Under the pieces are notes generated by a model that saw only the letters and a program-made list of their open reading frames with translations, was not told the origin of the DNA and did no database searches. From an uncultured Chloroflexia bacterium (GTDB lineage: Bacteria; Chloroflexota; Limnocylindria; Limnocylindrales; CSP1-4), in assembly GCA_963734535.1 (NCBI GenBank), contig CAVTHS010000004.1, forward strand, positions 32,001 to 96,000: 64,000 bases of DNA. The letters are read 5' to 3'. A program made the position numbers and the translations under genes. Below are positions 37,998 through 48,705 of the stretch, piece by piece. Position 1 is the stretch's first letter. Each line of letters opens with the position of its first letter.

Positions 37998-39004
37998 GGC
38001 GCCGGGCTCGTCGACGGCGACGCCGTGGGGCGCTTCGTCGCGCGCGGCGTCGGGGCGGGCGTCGCGAACGGCTGCTCCGAGCCGGGCAGCGTCCCATCCG
38101 GGTTCACCTGGTCGGTGGGCAGGTCCGTCACATCCGGGATCCCGCCCTGGTAGTCCGTGATCACGAGCACCACCTCCAGGCGATCCAGGTCGATTGCCGG
38201 GTCCAGGTACGCCGTCTGGATGACCGCATTCGGGTCGCGGGTCGCATCGACCACCTGGCCGATGACCAGTCCCTTCGGGTAGGGGGACCGGATCCCGCTG
38301 CCGAGCGTGATCCCGGCCGTGACGACCTCGTCGCCGATCGTGACCCGCTGCGTGGCATCCACCTTGTCCATGACGAGCTGCCCCCCGAGCGCCCCGACCA
38401 CCTCGCCGGTCGCGCGGTTCGAGACGACCTCCCCGATCACGGTCGACGTCGGATCGTTGATGAGCACCACGCGGGCGGCATGCGATCCGATCTGGGTGAC
38501 CCGCCCCGCGAGCGCGCCGCCCCGGCCCACGACCACGTCGCCGACGGCGAGCCCGTCCAGGGTCCCGCGGTCGATGGTCACGACCCGGCTGACGTCGGCC
38601 ACGTCGCGCCCGATCACGCGCGCGGCGACGGTCGAGTACTGGAACGAGCCGCGGATCTGGAGGAGCGTGGAGAGCTGCTCGTTCTCGGGTCCCAGCGCCC
38701 CGAGGCGGAGGTTCTCCGCCGTGAGCCGCTCGTTCTCCGCCTTGAGCGTCCCGTTGTCGCGTCGCAGCTGGTCGATCTCGGCAACCGCGTCGATCACGGA
38801 CCGCGCCTGGACACCCACGGCGTTGACCGCGTCCTGGGCCGGGGAGAGCGCGAACGCCAGGCCGCGCTGGAGCTCCAGGGCGACCGACGTGGAGCTTGTC
38901 GCCATGAGCAGGATGGAGACGGAGAGCAGGATCCCGTAGGCGACGAGGCGCCGTCGCACCACCCGCGGCGTCCGGTGCCCGTATCCCAGGAGGCGGCCCG
39001 ACAC
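37994..39004 (-). CDS. mreC: Rod shape-determining protein MreC
   Basis: N-terminal TM, coiled coil (ENERL..ENEQL), ARVIGRD, IDRG..DG, GDEVVTAG, YPKGLVIG.V; follows mreB. Confidence 0.92.
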   Translation of the reverse strand: MSGRLLGYGHRTPRVVRRRLVAYGILLSVSILLMATSSTSVALELQRGLAFALSPAQDAVNAVGVQARSVIDAVAEIDQLRRDNGTLKAENERLTAENLRLGALGPENEQLSTLLQIRGSFQYSTVAARVIGRDVADVSRVVTIDRGTLDGLAVGDVVVGRGGALAGRVTQIGSHAARVVLINDPTSTVIGEVVSNRATGEVVGALGGQLVMDKVDATQRVTIGDEVVTAGITLGSGIRSPYPKGLVIGQVVDATRDPNAVIQTAYLDPAIDLDRLEVVLVITDYQGGIPDVTDLPTDQVNPDGTLPGSEQPFATPAPTPRATKRPTASPSTSPAP

Positions 39005-39024
39005 GATCGTCGACCCTCGGCTGC

Positions 39025-40077
39025 CTAGCGCGGCGGCCGGGCGTACGTGTCGGAGACCAGCACCCGGCTCATGCGATCCAGCTCCTGGAGCACCACGCCG
39101 GTCCCGCGTGCGACGCAGGTCAGCGGGTCGTCCGCGATGTGGACCGGCATCTGGGTGGCCTCCGCGACGCGCCGATCGAGGCCCAGGAGGAGCGCCCCGC
39201 CGCCGGCGAGCACCACGCCCTGGTCCATGATGTCGGCGACCAGCTCCGGCGGCGTCTCCTCGATCGTGTCCTTGATCGTGTCGACGATCTGCTGGACGGA
39301 CGGCTCGATCGCCTCGCGGATCTGGTCGGCGCCCACCTCGACGCCGCGCGGCAGGCCGGTCAGGAGGTCGCGACCGCGGAGCAGGACGCGCTGGCTGTCC
39401 CAGTCACCCGGATAGCCCGACCCGATCGCGATCTTGATGTCCTCGGCCGTTCGCTCGCCCAGGAGCAGGTTGTACTCGCGACGGGCGAAGTTGACGATGT
39501 CCACGTCCATCTCGTCGCCGCCGATGCGGATGCTGCGGCTCACCACGATCCCGCCCAGGCTGATCACGGCGACCTCGGTCGTGCCGCCGCCGATGTCGAC
39601 GATCAGGCTGCCGGTCGGCTCGGAGACCGGGAGGCCGGCCCCGATCGCGGCCGCCATCGGCTCCTCGATGAGGCGCGCCCAGCGTGCGCCGGCGTTGAGC
39701 GCGGCGTCCCGGACCGCGCGCTTCTCCACCTCGGTGACACCCGACGGGACGCCCAGGATCATCCGCGGTCGCGGAATCAGGCCGATCCGGTCGTGCACCC
39801 GGTGCACGAAGTACTTGATCATCTGCTCCGTCACGTCGAAGTCGCTGATGACCCCGTCGCGGAGCGGGCGGATGGCGACGATGTTGGCCGGGGTCCGGCC
39901 GACCATCCGCTTCGCTTCGGCGCCGATCGCGAGGACCTTGCGGGTCTTCGCGTCGATGGCGACGACGCTCGGCTCGCTGATCACGATCCCACGGTCGCGG
40001 ACGTGGACCAGCGTGTTGGCAGTCCCGAGGTCGATCCCGATGTCGCGGGAGAAGATTCCGAGGAGCGCGTCGAGCAT
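39025..40077 (-). CDS. mreB: Rod shape-determining protein MreB
   Basis: IGIDLGTANT, EPSVVA, IEEPMAAAIG, DIGGGTTEVAVISLGG, ETPPEL. Confidence 0.98.
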   Translation of the reverse strand: MLDALLGIFSRDIGIDLGTANTLVHVRDRGIVISEPSVVAIDAKTRKVLAIGAEAKRMVGRTPANIVAIRPLRDGVISDFDVTEQMIKYFVHRVHDRIGLIPRPRMILGVPSGVTEVEKRAVRDAALNAGARWARLIEEPMAAAIGAGLPVSEPTGSLIVDIGGGTTEVAVISLGGIVVSRSIRIGGDEMDVDIVNFARREYNLLLGERTAEDIKIAIGSGYPGDWDSQRVLLRGRDLLTGLPRGVEVGADQIREAIEPSVQQIVDTIKDTIEETPPELVADIMDQGVVLAGGGALLLGLDRRVAEATQMPVHIADDPLTCVARGTGVVLQELDRMSRVLVSDTYARPPR

Positions 40078-40179
40078 GATGCGGGCGGATTTCCTTGGAC
40101 TGAAAGTTCGGGTGGAGCTCGGGGCGCGTCGTGAGGGCGACCGGCGCGAGGCGGCGCGACCGGGCGCGGACGCCCGCGG

Positions 40180-40185
40180 AGTATA
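40180..40185 (-). promoter_or_regulatory. Putative -10 box upstream of mreB
   Basis: TATACT on the minus strand about 100 nt before the mreB ATG. Confidence 0.45.
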
Positions 40186-40264
40186 CCGCCCGCGGCGGTT
40201 CGGTCAGGGGGTGGATCCCTGGCGGGTCCCCGTCGACGTCCGTGCCCGTCGAACCAGGCGCCGC

Positions 40265-41027
40265 TCAGCCGGCCGCGGCCCGCAGGCCGCTGCGAGCCGG
40301 GCCGGTCGAACGAGATGCCGCGATCGCGAAGCGAGACGAACGCCGCGTGGCCGATGACGAGGTGATCGAGCAGGTCGATGTCGAGGATCCGGCCGGCGGC
40401 GAGCGCTTCCGCGGTGAGGTGGAGGTCATCCGGGCTCGGGGTCGGATCGCCACTCGGGTGGTTGTGGACGAGGATCGTGCCCGCGGCGTTGATCCGGACC
40501 GCGTCGCGGAACAGCTCGCCGATCCGGACCAGCGAGGCGCTCACGTTGCCCTGGTAGACCGTGACGACGCGGAGGACCACGTTCTTCGTGTTCAGCAGCA
40601 CCACCCGCAGCTCCTCCCGCTCGAGCGAGCCCATCTCCACCATCAGTCGCTCCGCCACGTCGCGCGGGGCGCGCACCGTCCAGCGGCCCTGCGGCCACGC
40701 CTCCGCGGCGCGACGACCGAGCTCGAAGGCCGCAGTCAGCTGGGCTGCCTTCGCGATCCCGACGCCGGACAGGCCGCGGAGCTCGAGCTCTCCCGCCCGG
40801 GCCAGTCCCGCGAGGCCGTCGTGGCGCGACAGCGCCTCCTCGGCGAGACCCAGGGCGCTGACGCCATGGGCGCCGGAGCCCCACACGAGCGCGATCAGCT
40901 CGGCCGCAGACAGGCCGGCCACCCCGCGGGCCGCGAGGCGCTCGCGTGGGCGCTCCGCCGGCGGGATCTCGCGGAGCCGCCGGCCAGCCGGTCGAATGGC
41001 CGGGGCGGCCGAACCGGGGTCGATCAC
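40265..41027 (-). CDS. radC: RadC/UPF0758 JAB-domain protein (3' end approximate; probable terminal indel)
   Basis: AAGGAGG RBS and GTG 41027; ERPRERL, HhH GVGIAKA, JAB motif HNHPSGDPTPS..D, LLDHLVIG. Confidence 0.93.
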
Positions 41028-41295
41028 CGGGCACCTCCTTGACGGTCTGGTCGTGGGGTTCCCGGGCCCGAACAACGGAGCCCGCCAATTCCTCCGCCAT
41101 CCGGACCCGAGAACGCAGCGGATCCTATCCGGGGAGCATCACCGCGGACTCAACGCGACATTGCCGGGCGCTCAACCGGGCGATCGCAGACCGGGCGCCC
41201 GGCGGGCGGACCGGCGGACCGGTCGGCGGACGCCCGGTCCGGGGAAGGGTCCGCCGATCATCGCGCCGGCGACCGGGGCGGGCGGGCCGAGCTGC

Positions 41296-42313
41296 CTAGC
41301 CTGTCGCGACCCGTGAGCCCGCCAGGAGGAAGAGGACGAGCGGGATCCCGTTGTAGACGGCGTGCAGGGCGATCGGCGCCGCGAGCGTGCGCCTGCGCAG
41401 GAAGACCCAGCCGAGCAGGAGCCCGACCGGGATCCGGATCGCGAACGCGATGAGCGCGACGCGGAGCCCCGTCGAGAAGTCGCTGCCGAGAACGGTGATC
41501 ACGTGGACCAGGGCGAAGAAGAGCCCGGCGCGGACGATCGCCGCCCGCGGGCCGGCGGTCCGTGCCCAGGCGGTGGTCGTGAAGCCGCGGAAGAACAGCT
41601 CTTCCCAGAACGGCGCGACGGCCACCGCAGCCACCAGGTTCAAGGTCGCCCCGAAGGGGTCGCGGGTCGGCGGAAGGGTCGGGTCCGGGGCCGCGCCGAG
41701 CAGCGCGATCAGGAGGGCAGCGAGGAACGCCGCCGCAAGGATCGCGGGAACGGCGAGCGCGGCGCCCCAGGCGACGTCCTCGACCAGCGAGCCCTCGCCG
41801 GGCGCCGGGCCGCCGGAACCCGAGGTCGGCCCAGCGCAGGGCGCCGGGCCCCACGACGAGCAGGCCGATCAGGCCCACCGACACGAGGCCCGAGATCAGT
41901 GACGAAAGAAGGACGGCGGCCTGGTCGCCGATCCGGACCCCGCCGGCGTCGAGGGCGACCGCCACCACGTTGGTCACGAACAGGCTGGCCAGGAATGCGG
42001 CGACGAAGACGAGGTACGGGGAGGGACCGGCGTACCCCGCGACCCCGTCGGCCGTGCGCTGGAGGCCCTGCGCACCGGCGGCCGCCACCAGGCCGAGCGA
42101 GAGGATCCCGAACCCGCCCACGAACAGCCACGGTCCCGCGCCACCGCCCCCGGCGGCGAGGCCCACGAAGAGGGCGGCGAGGCCGAGCGCGGTCAGGCCG
42201 AGCGCCGCTGCGTACAGGCCGGGGGCAGCCCGACCATCGAGGTCGAACGCGCCGCGCCGAACCGGTCCGGGAACGGCCGGTGCGCCCGTCTCCGCGGGGT
42301 CGATCGGGTTCAG
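41296..42313 (-). CDS. CPBP (type II CAAX/Abi) intramembrane glutamic protease (frameshift near 41815; start uncertain)
   Basis: APFWEELFFRG, FFALVH and IALHAVYN motifs; N-terminal TM segments lie in the 41258..42166 frame, which stays open up to a CTG at 42313. Confidence 0.8.
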
Positions 42314-42954
42314 GGCCGCGGCGTCGGGCTGGGCGCGGTCGCGCCCGCCGCCGCCGGCGCGGCTCGGCGGGTCCGGACGCGGGCGACCGGCGCGGGCGCG
42401 GCCGCGGGAGCAGCAGCCGGCCCGGCCCCGCCCCGGATCGCGGGCGCCGGGACGGCGCCGATCGCGCCAATCGGGCGGTCGAAGTCACGGCCGCACCACG
42501 CGCACAGCGACCACTCGAATCCCACCAGCCGGTTGCAGTTCGGGCAGACACGCTTGAGCCGCGTTCGACAGGTGGGACACAGGATCCACTCCTCGTGGAC
42601 CTTCCGGCCGCACGTCGCGCAGTGCTCGATCGCGTCGATCTCCGCGAGCAGCGCCTCCTCGGCGAGACCGCGCTCGTACGCCTCGCCCAGCCGCTCCTGG
42701 GGCCGCACGATCTTGTAGATCGCGACCGCGAACAGGAAGAGGACGGGCGTGAAGCCGATGACGAGTGCCGCCGCGAGATAGGGCAGGATCGGGTTGGCCG
42801 TCCGGAGCTGCATGTCGCGGAAGGCCCAGAAGGCCGCCGCGAGCCAGACGATGACGATGTAGATGCCGATCGCCTTGATCCCGAGCTGGACGATCGGCGT
42901 GGCGAAGAACGACCCGATCGCGTCACCGATGCCCGAGAGGAAGTCGAGGTTCAT
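42310..42954 (-). CDS. Membrane protein with double zinc ribbon
   Basis: Two N-terminal TM helices; CATC, CPTC, CPNC and CAWC. Confidence 0.85.
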   Translation of the reverse strand: MNLDFLSGIGDAIGSFFATPIVQLGIKAIGIYIVIVWLAAAFWAFRDMQLRTANPILPYLAAALVIGFTPVLFLFAVAIYKIVRPQERLGEAYERGLAEEALLAEIDAIEHCATCGRKVHEEWILCPTCRTRLKRVCPNCNRLVGFEWSLCAWCGRDFDRPIGAIGAVPAPAIRGGAGPAAAPAAAPAPVARVRTRRAAPAAAGATAPSPTPRP

Positions 42955-43127
42955 GCGGCCTCTTCACCCACGTGGCGGCTCATTCCCAGTGCAGATCTGG
43001 ATCGGCCGCCCGACTTCGGGGCAGTGTACCAGCCGTCCCGGGCGGCGCCGCCGCCCAAGCGTGTACACGGGACTCGGGAAGGATGGCGCCGAGCAAGGCC
43101 GGGACGCCCCGCGGCCGCCCGGCCGGG

Positions 43128-44112
43128 CTACGCGGCCGGCTCTTCGCCGCGAAGCACGAGCGTCCCGCCAGCCGCGAGGAGCAGGGCGCCAGCTGCGAGC
43201 GCCCAGATCCCGATCCCGGTCCCAAGCGGCGAGATCAGGTACGTCCAGCCGAGCCCCGCGTAGATCCCGCCAAGCAGGAGCGGCAGCACGCCGAGCGACG
43301 CGAAGCGCGGTACGCGATTCGGCAGCACGGCGAGGACGAGGCTCACCCAGGCGAGGAGGAACGGGGGGACGTTGCCCACCGCGGCGAGGCCCCACGTCGC
43401 GAAGTAGCCGCTGCCGAACGCCCCGCCGATGACCACGCCGCCGTCGGGAATCCAGGGCAGCACGAACGCGAGCACCGCCAGAGCGGCCCCGCCTGCGACG
43501 AGCCGCGGACCGATCCCGGGCGCAATCGCGAACGGCAGCTCGAGCACGGGCACGCGAGCGGCAGATCCGGCTGCCGGTTCGATGGGCGAGATCGACGCGG
43601 GTCCCCCAGGCGGCGATCCCGACGCGGAGGCCGGCCCCGGGTGCGCGGGCGGCGCCGGTTGCGAGGCCGGCGCGACCGCGATCGATCGGGTGACGTCGAT
43701 CGGGATGCTCCGCATCACGACCGATGGCGCAAGGTAGGCGCCCGGGATCGGGGGCATCGGCGGGCGGGGCGGCTCGATGGCTTCGGGCGCCGCGTACGTC
43801 GCCGGCGGCGATTCGTCCCGGGTGGCGGCGGGCGGAGCCTCGGACGCCGGGACCTCGCCTGGGGCCACGTGCGGAGCGTCCAGGGGCGGCGCATCGGGCG
43901 TCGAAGCGGTGGCCGGAGCGGCAGCCACCACCTGGGTCGTGGGCGGCGCCGCGGCTGCGGCAGCCCAGCCTGACGGTCGTGCCGCGCTCGGACGCCGGGC
44001 CCGCTGCCACGTGCCGGTCGACCGACGCGAGGAGCGCGCCACATGCCCCGCAGGAGAGGCGCCCGATCGGCACCTCGGCTCCGCATTCCGGACATGCCCG
44101 CGACTCGATCAT
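43128..44112 (-). CDS. Zinc-ribbon membrane protein (frameshift near 43970)
   Basis: MIESRACPECG..CGACG N-terminus, Pro/Ala-rich linker, four C-terminal TM helices in ORF 43128..44042. Confidence 0.65.
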
Positions 44113-44195
44113 CGGACGAGGCTCCCACCTGGTGCGTGCGCCCCGAGTGTCGCACGGGCGTCCAGTCCCGACGGTCAATCCCTCACGCCACACGC

Positions 44196-45246
44196 TCAGG
44201 CGGCGCGGGCCAATCGCGCAAGCTCGGCGGTCCAGATGGCAGATCGCCAGGCCGACGTGACGCCCGCGACGCCGAGGCAGGCGGCCCAGGCCGCAACCAG
44301 GATCAGCGTGGCGATGATGACGCCCGACGCCATCGGTGGCGTCCACGAGCGCCACCCGGGCACGATCCCAGGCGACGCCGACCACCACCACGGCCGGCAC
44401 GAGGAACGGGAGCGTCCCGCCGATCGCCACCACGAGCGTCAGGAGGATCGATCCCGGCGCCCGCGCGACGTCACCCGCCGCGGCCCCGAGAGCGCCCGCG
44501 ACCGACGACCCGCCGAGCACGATCCGTCGCGCGGCGAGCCCGCCGATGACCTCGGCAAGGAGCCACGCCCCGACAACCACGACGGCCGAGATCGGGGCCC
44601 CGGCGATCACGCGGAATGGGAGCGGAAGGGCCAGGTCCGTCGGCAGGAGCAGCTCCCGGTAGGCAACCTGGACCCAGCCCGGGACCGCGGCGACGAGCGC
44701 GAGCCCGACCGGCACGAGGAGCAGGAGCCGGGCTACCGCGACCCTTCGCACGGCGCCGCGCGGCGTCGGGTTCCCGGCGTCGTTCCGCGGCGGCGCGGCG
44801 GCGGCGACCCACCGGGAGGGGAACGCGACTCGCCGGCCCATCGTGCCGCCGGTGGCCAGCTCGACGGTCGCGCGGTGGAGGGCGACCTCCGCCGCGGCCG
44901 CGACGAGCGTCCCGGCAACGATCGACGCGAGCGCGATCCCGAGCCACGCGGCGACGAGGGCGATGAGCCGCGGCGTCGGGCCGGCGGCGGTCACGGATGT
45001 CGGTCCGACCGTGTTCGAGAGGCCCACGAACGACGGCAGCACCAGCATCGGGATCACGAGCGCGACCAGCCCGCCGCGGGCCAGGAATGCGAGAAGGGCG
45101 AAGGCCCACAGCCGCGGCCGGCCTGCCGCGAGGCGCGTCGCCGCGGCCATCGCACGGGGCCAGGGTGCCGCGCGCGGCGGATTGGGCCGCGGGCCGATCT
45201 GCCCGCCGTCGAGCTCTTCGAGCACGCCGACCGGCGGCGCGGTCAT
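44196..45246 (-). CDS. Hypothetical polytopic membrane protein (frameshift near 44335; end approximate)
   Basis: Start MTAPPVG; about 6 hydrophobic segments; the frame degrades after DATDG and resumes hydrophobic in another frame to a TGA at 44196. Confidence 0.55.
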
Positions 45247-45265
45247 CGGCGCGGCGCGCTGCCCG

Positions 45266-48200
45266 TCAGGGCGCGGGGGTCGGGCTCGGGACCACGACGA
45301 CGCCGAGCTGGCGAAGCGTCGCCTGGACCTTTGCGATCTCGACGCCGTAGGTCGCGAAGTCGCCCGCTCGCAGCGCCGCCTGGGCAAGCTCGAAGTGCGT
45401 GTTCGCGTAGGCGACGAGCGCCTTGACGTCGTCCGGTCGCGGCGTGACCCCGGGGCCGCCGCTCGGGACCGGGGTGGCGGATGCGCCCGGCGTGGGACTC
45501 ACGCCCGGCGACGGCGACGGTCCACCCGGCGTCGGGCTGGGCGACGGCGTGGAGCCGGTGCCGGAGAGCAGCGAGCTGAGCGCCTCGCTCAACGTGTCGG
45601 CCCACACGATCTTCGTCGGGCTGGCCACGACGATCTTGGTGAACTCGGGGATCGCCGAGCCGGTCGACTGGAGGTAGATCGGCTCGAGGTAGATGATCGA
45701 ATCCTGGACCGGGACAACGATCAGGTTGCCGCGCACGACGGTGCTGCCGGCCTGGCTCCAAAGCGTGAGCTGGGAGCTGATCTCGGGCTCCTGGTCGATG
45801 CGGGCCTCGATCTGGGCTGGACCGAAGATCGACGTGTCGCGCGGGAACCGGAAGACCTTGACCGCCCCGTAGTTCGGCGCGTCGTTCCGGGCGGCGACCC
45901 ACGCGATCATGTTCGGCCGGGCCTTGGGCACCATCGGTTGGAGAAGCAGGAACTCGGGCTTCGGCTGGCCGGGCATTCGCATGTAGACGTAGTACGCCTC
46001 CAGCGGGAGCTGGCCCGTGGCGCTGTTGGCCTGGTTCTGGGGCACCGTCCAGAGATCGTCGCCCTGGTAGAACGAGGCCGGGTCGGTCACGTGGTAGCGG
46101 GCAAACGTCTGCGTCTGGACATTGAAGAGCTCCTCCGGGACGCGGAGGTGCGCCACGATGTCCGCGGGCATCGTGGCGAGCGGCTTGAAGAGCGTCGGGA
46201 AGACGCCCTGCCAGGCCCGGATCAGGGGGTCGGCGGGATCTGCGACGTAGAACGTCATGGAGCCGTCGTACGCGTCCATGACCACCTTGACGCTGTTGCG
46301 CATGTAGTTGAAGGACTGACCTGCCAGCCCGCTCGTCTGGCCCAGCGTGTCACCGTCGAACGTCTCGGCGTTCGGGAAGCGGTTGGTGATGGTGTAGGCG
46401 TCCTGGACGTAGACGAGCCGGCCGGAGCCCGTCACGACCAGGTACGGATCCTTGTCGTAGGCCAGGAACGGCGCGATCAGCTGCAGCCGCTCGCCGAGGC
46501 TGCGGTTCATGAGCAGCTGCGAGTCGGCAGTGACCTGGTCCGAGATCAGCAGGTTCAGGTCACGGAAGCGGGCGGCGAACAGGAGGCGGGTCAGGATCGA
46601 GTCGAGCTTGATGCCGGTCGAGGCCTGCCAGCGCGTCTGGGTGAGGTCCGTTGGGGAGGCCTGGTCGCCGGTCCCGATCGGGTAGTCGAACTCGGGCTGG
46701 CGGCCGTCGACGATCACCCAGTCGTTGGGCCGCTCCCCGAAGTAGATCCGGGGCTCCGAGACAACCGGCGCACCCGCGCTCGCCACGGGTGGCATGTCAC
46801 GGATGATCAGCTGCGGAAGGCCCTGCGAGTCGACCTCGTTCACGGGCACCATGGCGATGCCGAAGCCGTGGGTGAAGACGATCCGCTGGTTGACCCAGCT
46901 TCCGCCCTGGGGGTTGCGTTCGGGGGCCAGCTCCCGGGCCGAGAGCATCACCTGGCGGTCCTGCCCGCCGATCACGTAGCGGTCGGTGTCGACGTCGACG
47001 AACTGGTAGTACTGGCGCACGGTCTGGATCTGGTCCAGCGTCGTCTGGAGCGGCCGGTAGTCCCACAGCCGTGCGTTCTGGAAGGTCGACGCGTCGGTGA
47101 CCAGCGCGTCGGCCGTCAAAGGCACGGCTCCGCTGTACGTCTGGTCCTGCCACGGGCCGAGGTTGTACGCAAGCCGCGTCATCGCGATGTTGTTGGCGAT
47201 GTAGGGCTGCTCCTGGGCGTACTGGTTGGGCTCGACCGTGAACCGCTGGATCGCCTCCGGGTAGATGGTGCCCAGGAGCAACGAGAGGCCGAGCCAGATC
47301 GCGACCCCTGCCCCGAGCGGCGCCACCCAGCGCGTGAACGCTCCGGCAACGAGCAGGGCGGCGACGATCCCGGCCACGATCGTCAGCGCATCGAGGGCGA
47401 AGAACTGGGCGGCCTGGTCGGTGTAGCTGACGCCCGTCGCCACGCCGCGCGTGCTGTAGACCAGCTCGAGCTTGTCCAGCTGGTAGCCGGCCGCGACGGT
47501 GATCAGGTAGAGGCCCGCCAGCGCGCCGAGGTGGACACGGACCGGCGTGGTGAAGCCGCTTCCGCCCAGCGCCGCCACGACGTACCGGGCGAGCGAGAAG
47601 AGGAGGGCCGCGAGCAGGAGCCCGCCGGCCGTCGCCTGGAGGAGCCGCAGGAAGGGCAGGTCGAAGAAGTAGAAGCTGATGTCCCGACCGAAGACCGGGT
47701 CCACCACGGGTGCGGCCCCGGCCGTCGCGAACGGGACCCGGTTGGCGAACAGCGCCACCGTCTCCCAGTTCCCCGACAGTGCGCCGGCCGTGCCCAGCGC
47801 GACGAGCACGGCGAGGACCACGAGGACGATCACGCCGAGCGGCCGCAGGTCCGGAAGGTCGGCGGTGGTCAGGCTGGGCCCGGCCGGCCGGACCCCTCCG
47901 GGGCGGCTGTCGTCGTCGCTGCCGAACGGTCCGCGCCGGGCCTGGCCGAACGGGTCGTATCGATTCCGGAACGGGCTCTCGCCGGTCGTGCGGGCCGACT
48001 GGCCCAGCCGGTCGACGAAGGCCCGGAAGCGCTCCCCGGCGCCGGTCCCCGGCGGGGGCGCGAGACGCCCGGCGAGCCAGATGTTGACGAGGAGGAAGAG
48101 GAGGGCGACCACGAGCCCGACCACGAAGAGGCCAGCCTGTGATCCGATTCGCGTCCAGAAGACCGGGTCGAAGCCGACGCTCTTGAACCAGGTGGCGTCG

Positions 48201-48646
48201 GTGACGAGCTCCAGGCCGATCCCCACCAGGAAGATGGCGCTGAGCAGGATCAGCGCGACGGCGCCGAGCACCACCTGCGGGCCGAGGTCGCGGAGGCGGC
48301 GTCGCCTGGAACCGCCATCGTTCGGGCCGCCGGGGCCGCGACGTCGCGGCGGTGAGCCGGAAGGCGGCCCGCGGTGGCTGCCGGGGAGCGGGCGTGGCCG
48401 CGGCGGAGGCGGCAGCTCGTCGTCCGTATCGGACGAGGGATCGCGATCCGGCCGATCGGCCGCGACCGGGTCCTCCTCCACGGCCGGGGGGCCGTCAACG
48501 GCGTCGGTCGTGCCGGGGTCGTCCCCTGGGGTCGCGTCGCCGGACGGGTCGCCGGGAGGCGGAACCCGCTCCCCACGCGCCGCTGCCTGGGCCTGGCGCT
48601 GGCGTTCGGCCAGCTCCTTCATGAAATCGTCGAAGAGGTCGCGCAT
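45266..48646 (-). CDS. UPF0182 family membrane protein
   Basis: DPVFGRDISFYFF.LP, EQPYIANNI.MTR.AY, RLWD, DTDRY, FTHGFG, PRIYFGE, NYMRNSVK.VMDAYDG. Confidence 0.95.
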   Translation of the reverse strand: MRDLFDDFMKELAERQRQAQAAARGERVPPPGDPSGDATPGDDPGTTDAVDGPPAVEEDPVAADRPDRDPSSDTDDELPPPPRPRPLPGSHRGPPSGSPPRRRGPGGPNDGGSRRRRLRDLGPQVVLGAVALILLSAIFLVGIGLELVTDATWFKSVGFDPVFWTRIGSQAGLFVVGLVVALLFLLVNIWLAGRLAPPPGTGAGERFRAFVDRLGQSARTTGESPFRNRYDPFGQARRGPFGSDDDSRPGGVRPAGPSLTTADLPDLRPLGVIVLVVLAVLVALGTAGALSGNWETVALFANRVPFATAGAAPVVDPVFGRDISFYFFDLPFLRLLQATAGGLLLAALLFSLARYVVAALGGSGFTTPVRVHLGALAGLYLITVAAGYQLDKLELVYSTRGVATGVSYTDQAAQFFALDALTIVAGIVAALLVAGAFTRWVAPLGAGVAIWLGLSLLLGTIYPEAIQRFTVEPNQYAQEQPYIANNIAMTRLAYNLGPWQDQTYSGAVPLTADALVTDASTFQNARLWDYRPLQTTLDQIQTVRQYYQFVDVDTDRYVIGGQDRQVMLSARELAPERNPQGGSWVNQRIVFTHGFGIAMVPVNEVDSQGLPQLIIRDMPPVASAGAPVVSEPRIYFGERPNDWVIVDGRQPEFDYPIGTGDQASPTDLTQTRWQASTGIKLDSILTRLLFAARFRDLNLLISDQVTADSQLLMNRSLGERLQLIAPFLAYDKDPYLVVTGSGRLVYVQDAYTITNRFPNAETFDGDTLGQTSGLAGQSFNYMRNSVKVVMDAYDGSMTFYVADPADPLIRAWQGVFPTLFKPLATMPADIVAHLRVPEELFNVQTQTFARYHVTDPASFYQGDDLWTVPQNQANSATGQLPLEAYYVYMRMPGQPKPEFLLLQPMVPKARPNMIAWVAARNDAPNYGAVKVFRFPRDTSIFGPAQIEARIDQEPEISSQLTLWSQAGSTVVRGNLIVVPVQDSIIYLEPIYLQSTGSAIPEFTKIVVASPTKIVWADTLSEALSSLLSGTGSTPSPSPTPGGPSPSPGVSPTPGASATPVPSGGPGVTPRPDDVKALVAYANTHFELAQAALRAGDFATYGVEIAKVQATLRQLGVVVVPSPTPAP

Positions 48647-48705
48647 CCGGCAGAGTGTACGCCTCCGCCCGGCCCGCCCGGGGACCCCCGGCCTGCGGGA
48701 TTCGC

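Noticed and set aside
40265-41027. radC as a mobile-element or anti-restriction marker
   Set aside because: It is the full-length form with HhH region in the canonical chromosomal radC-mreBC context.
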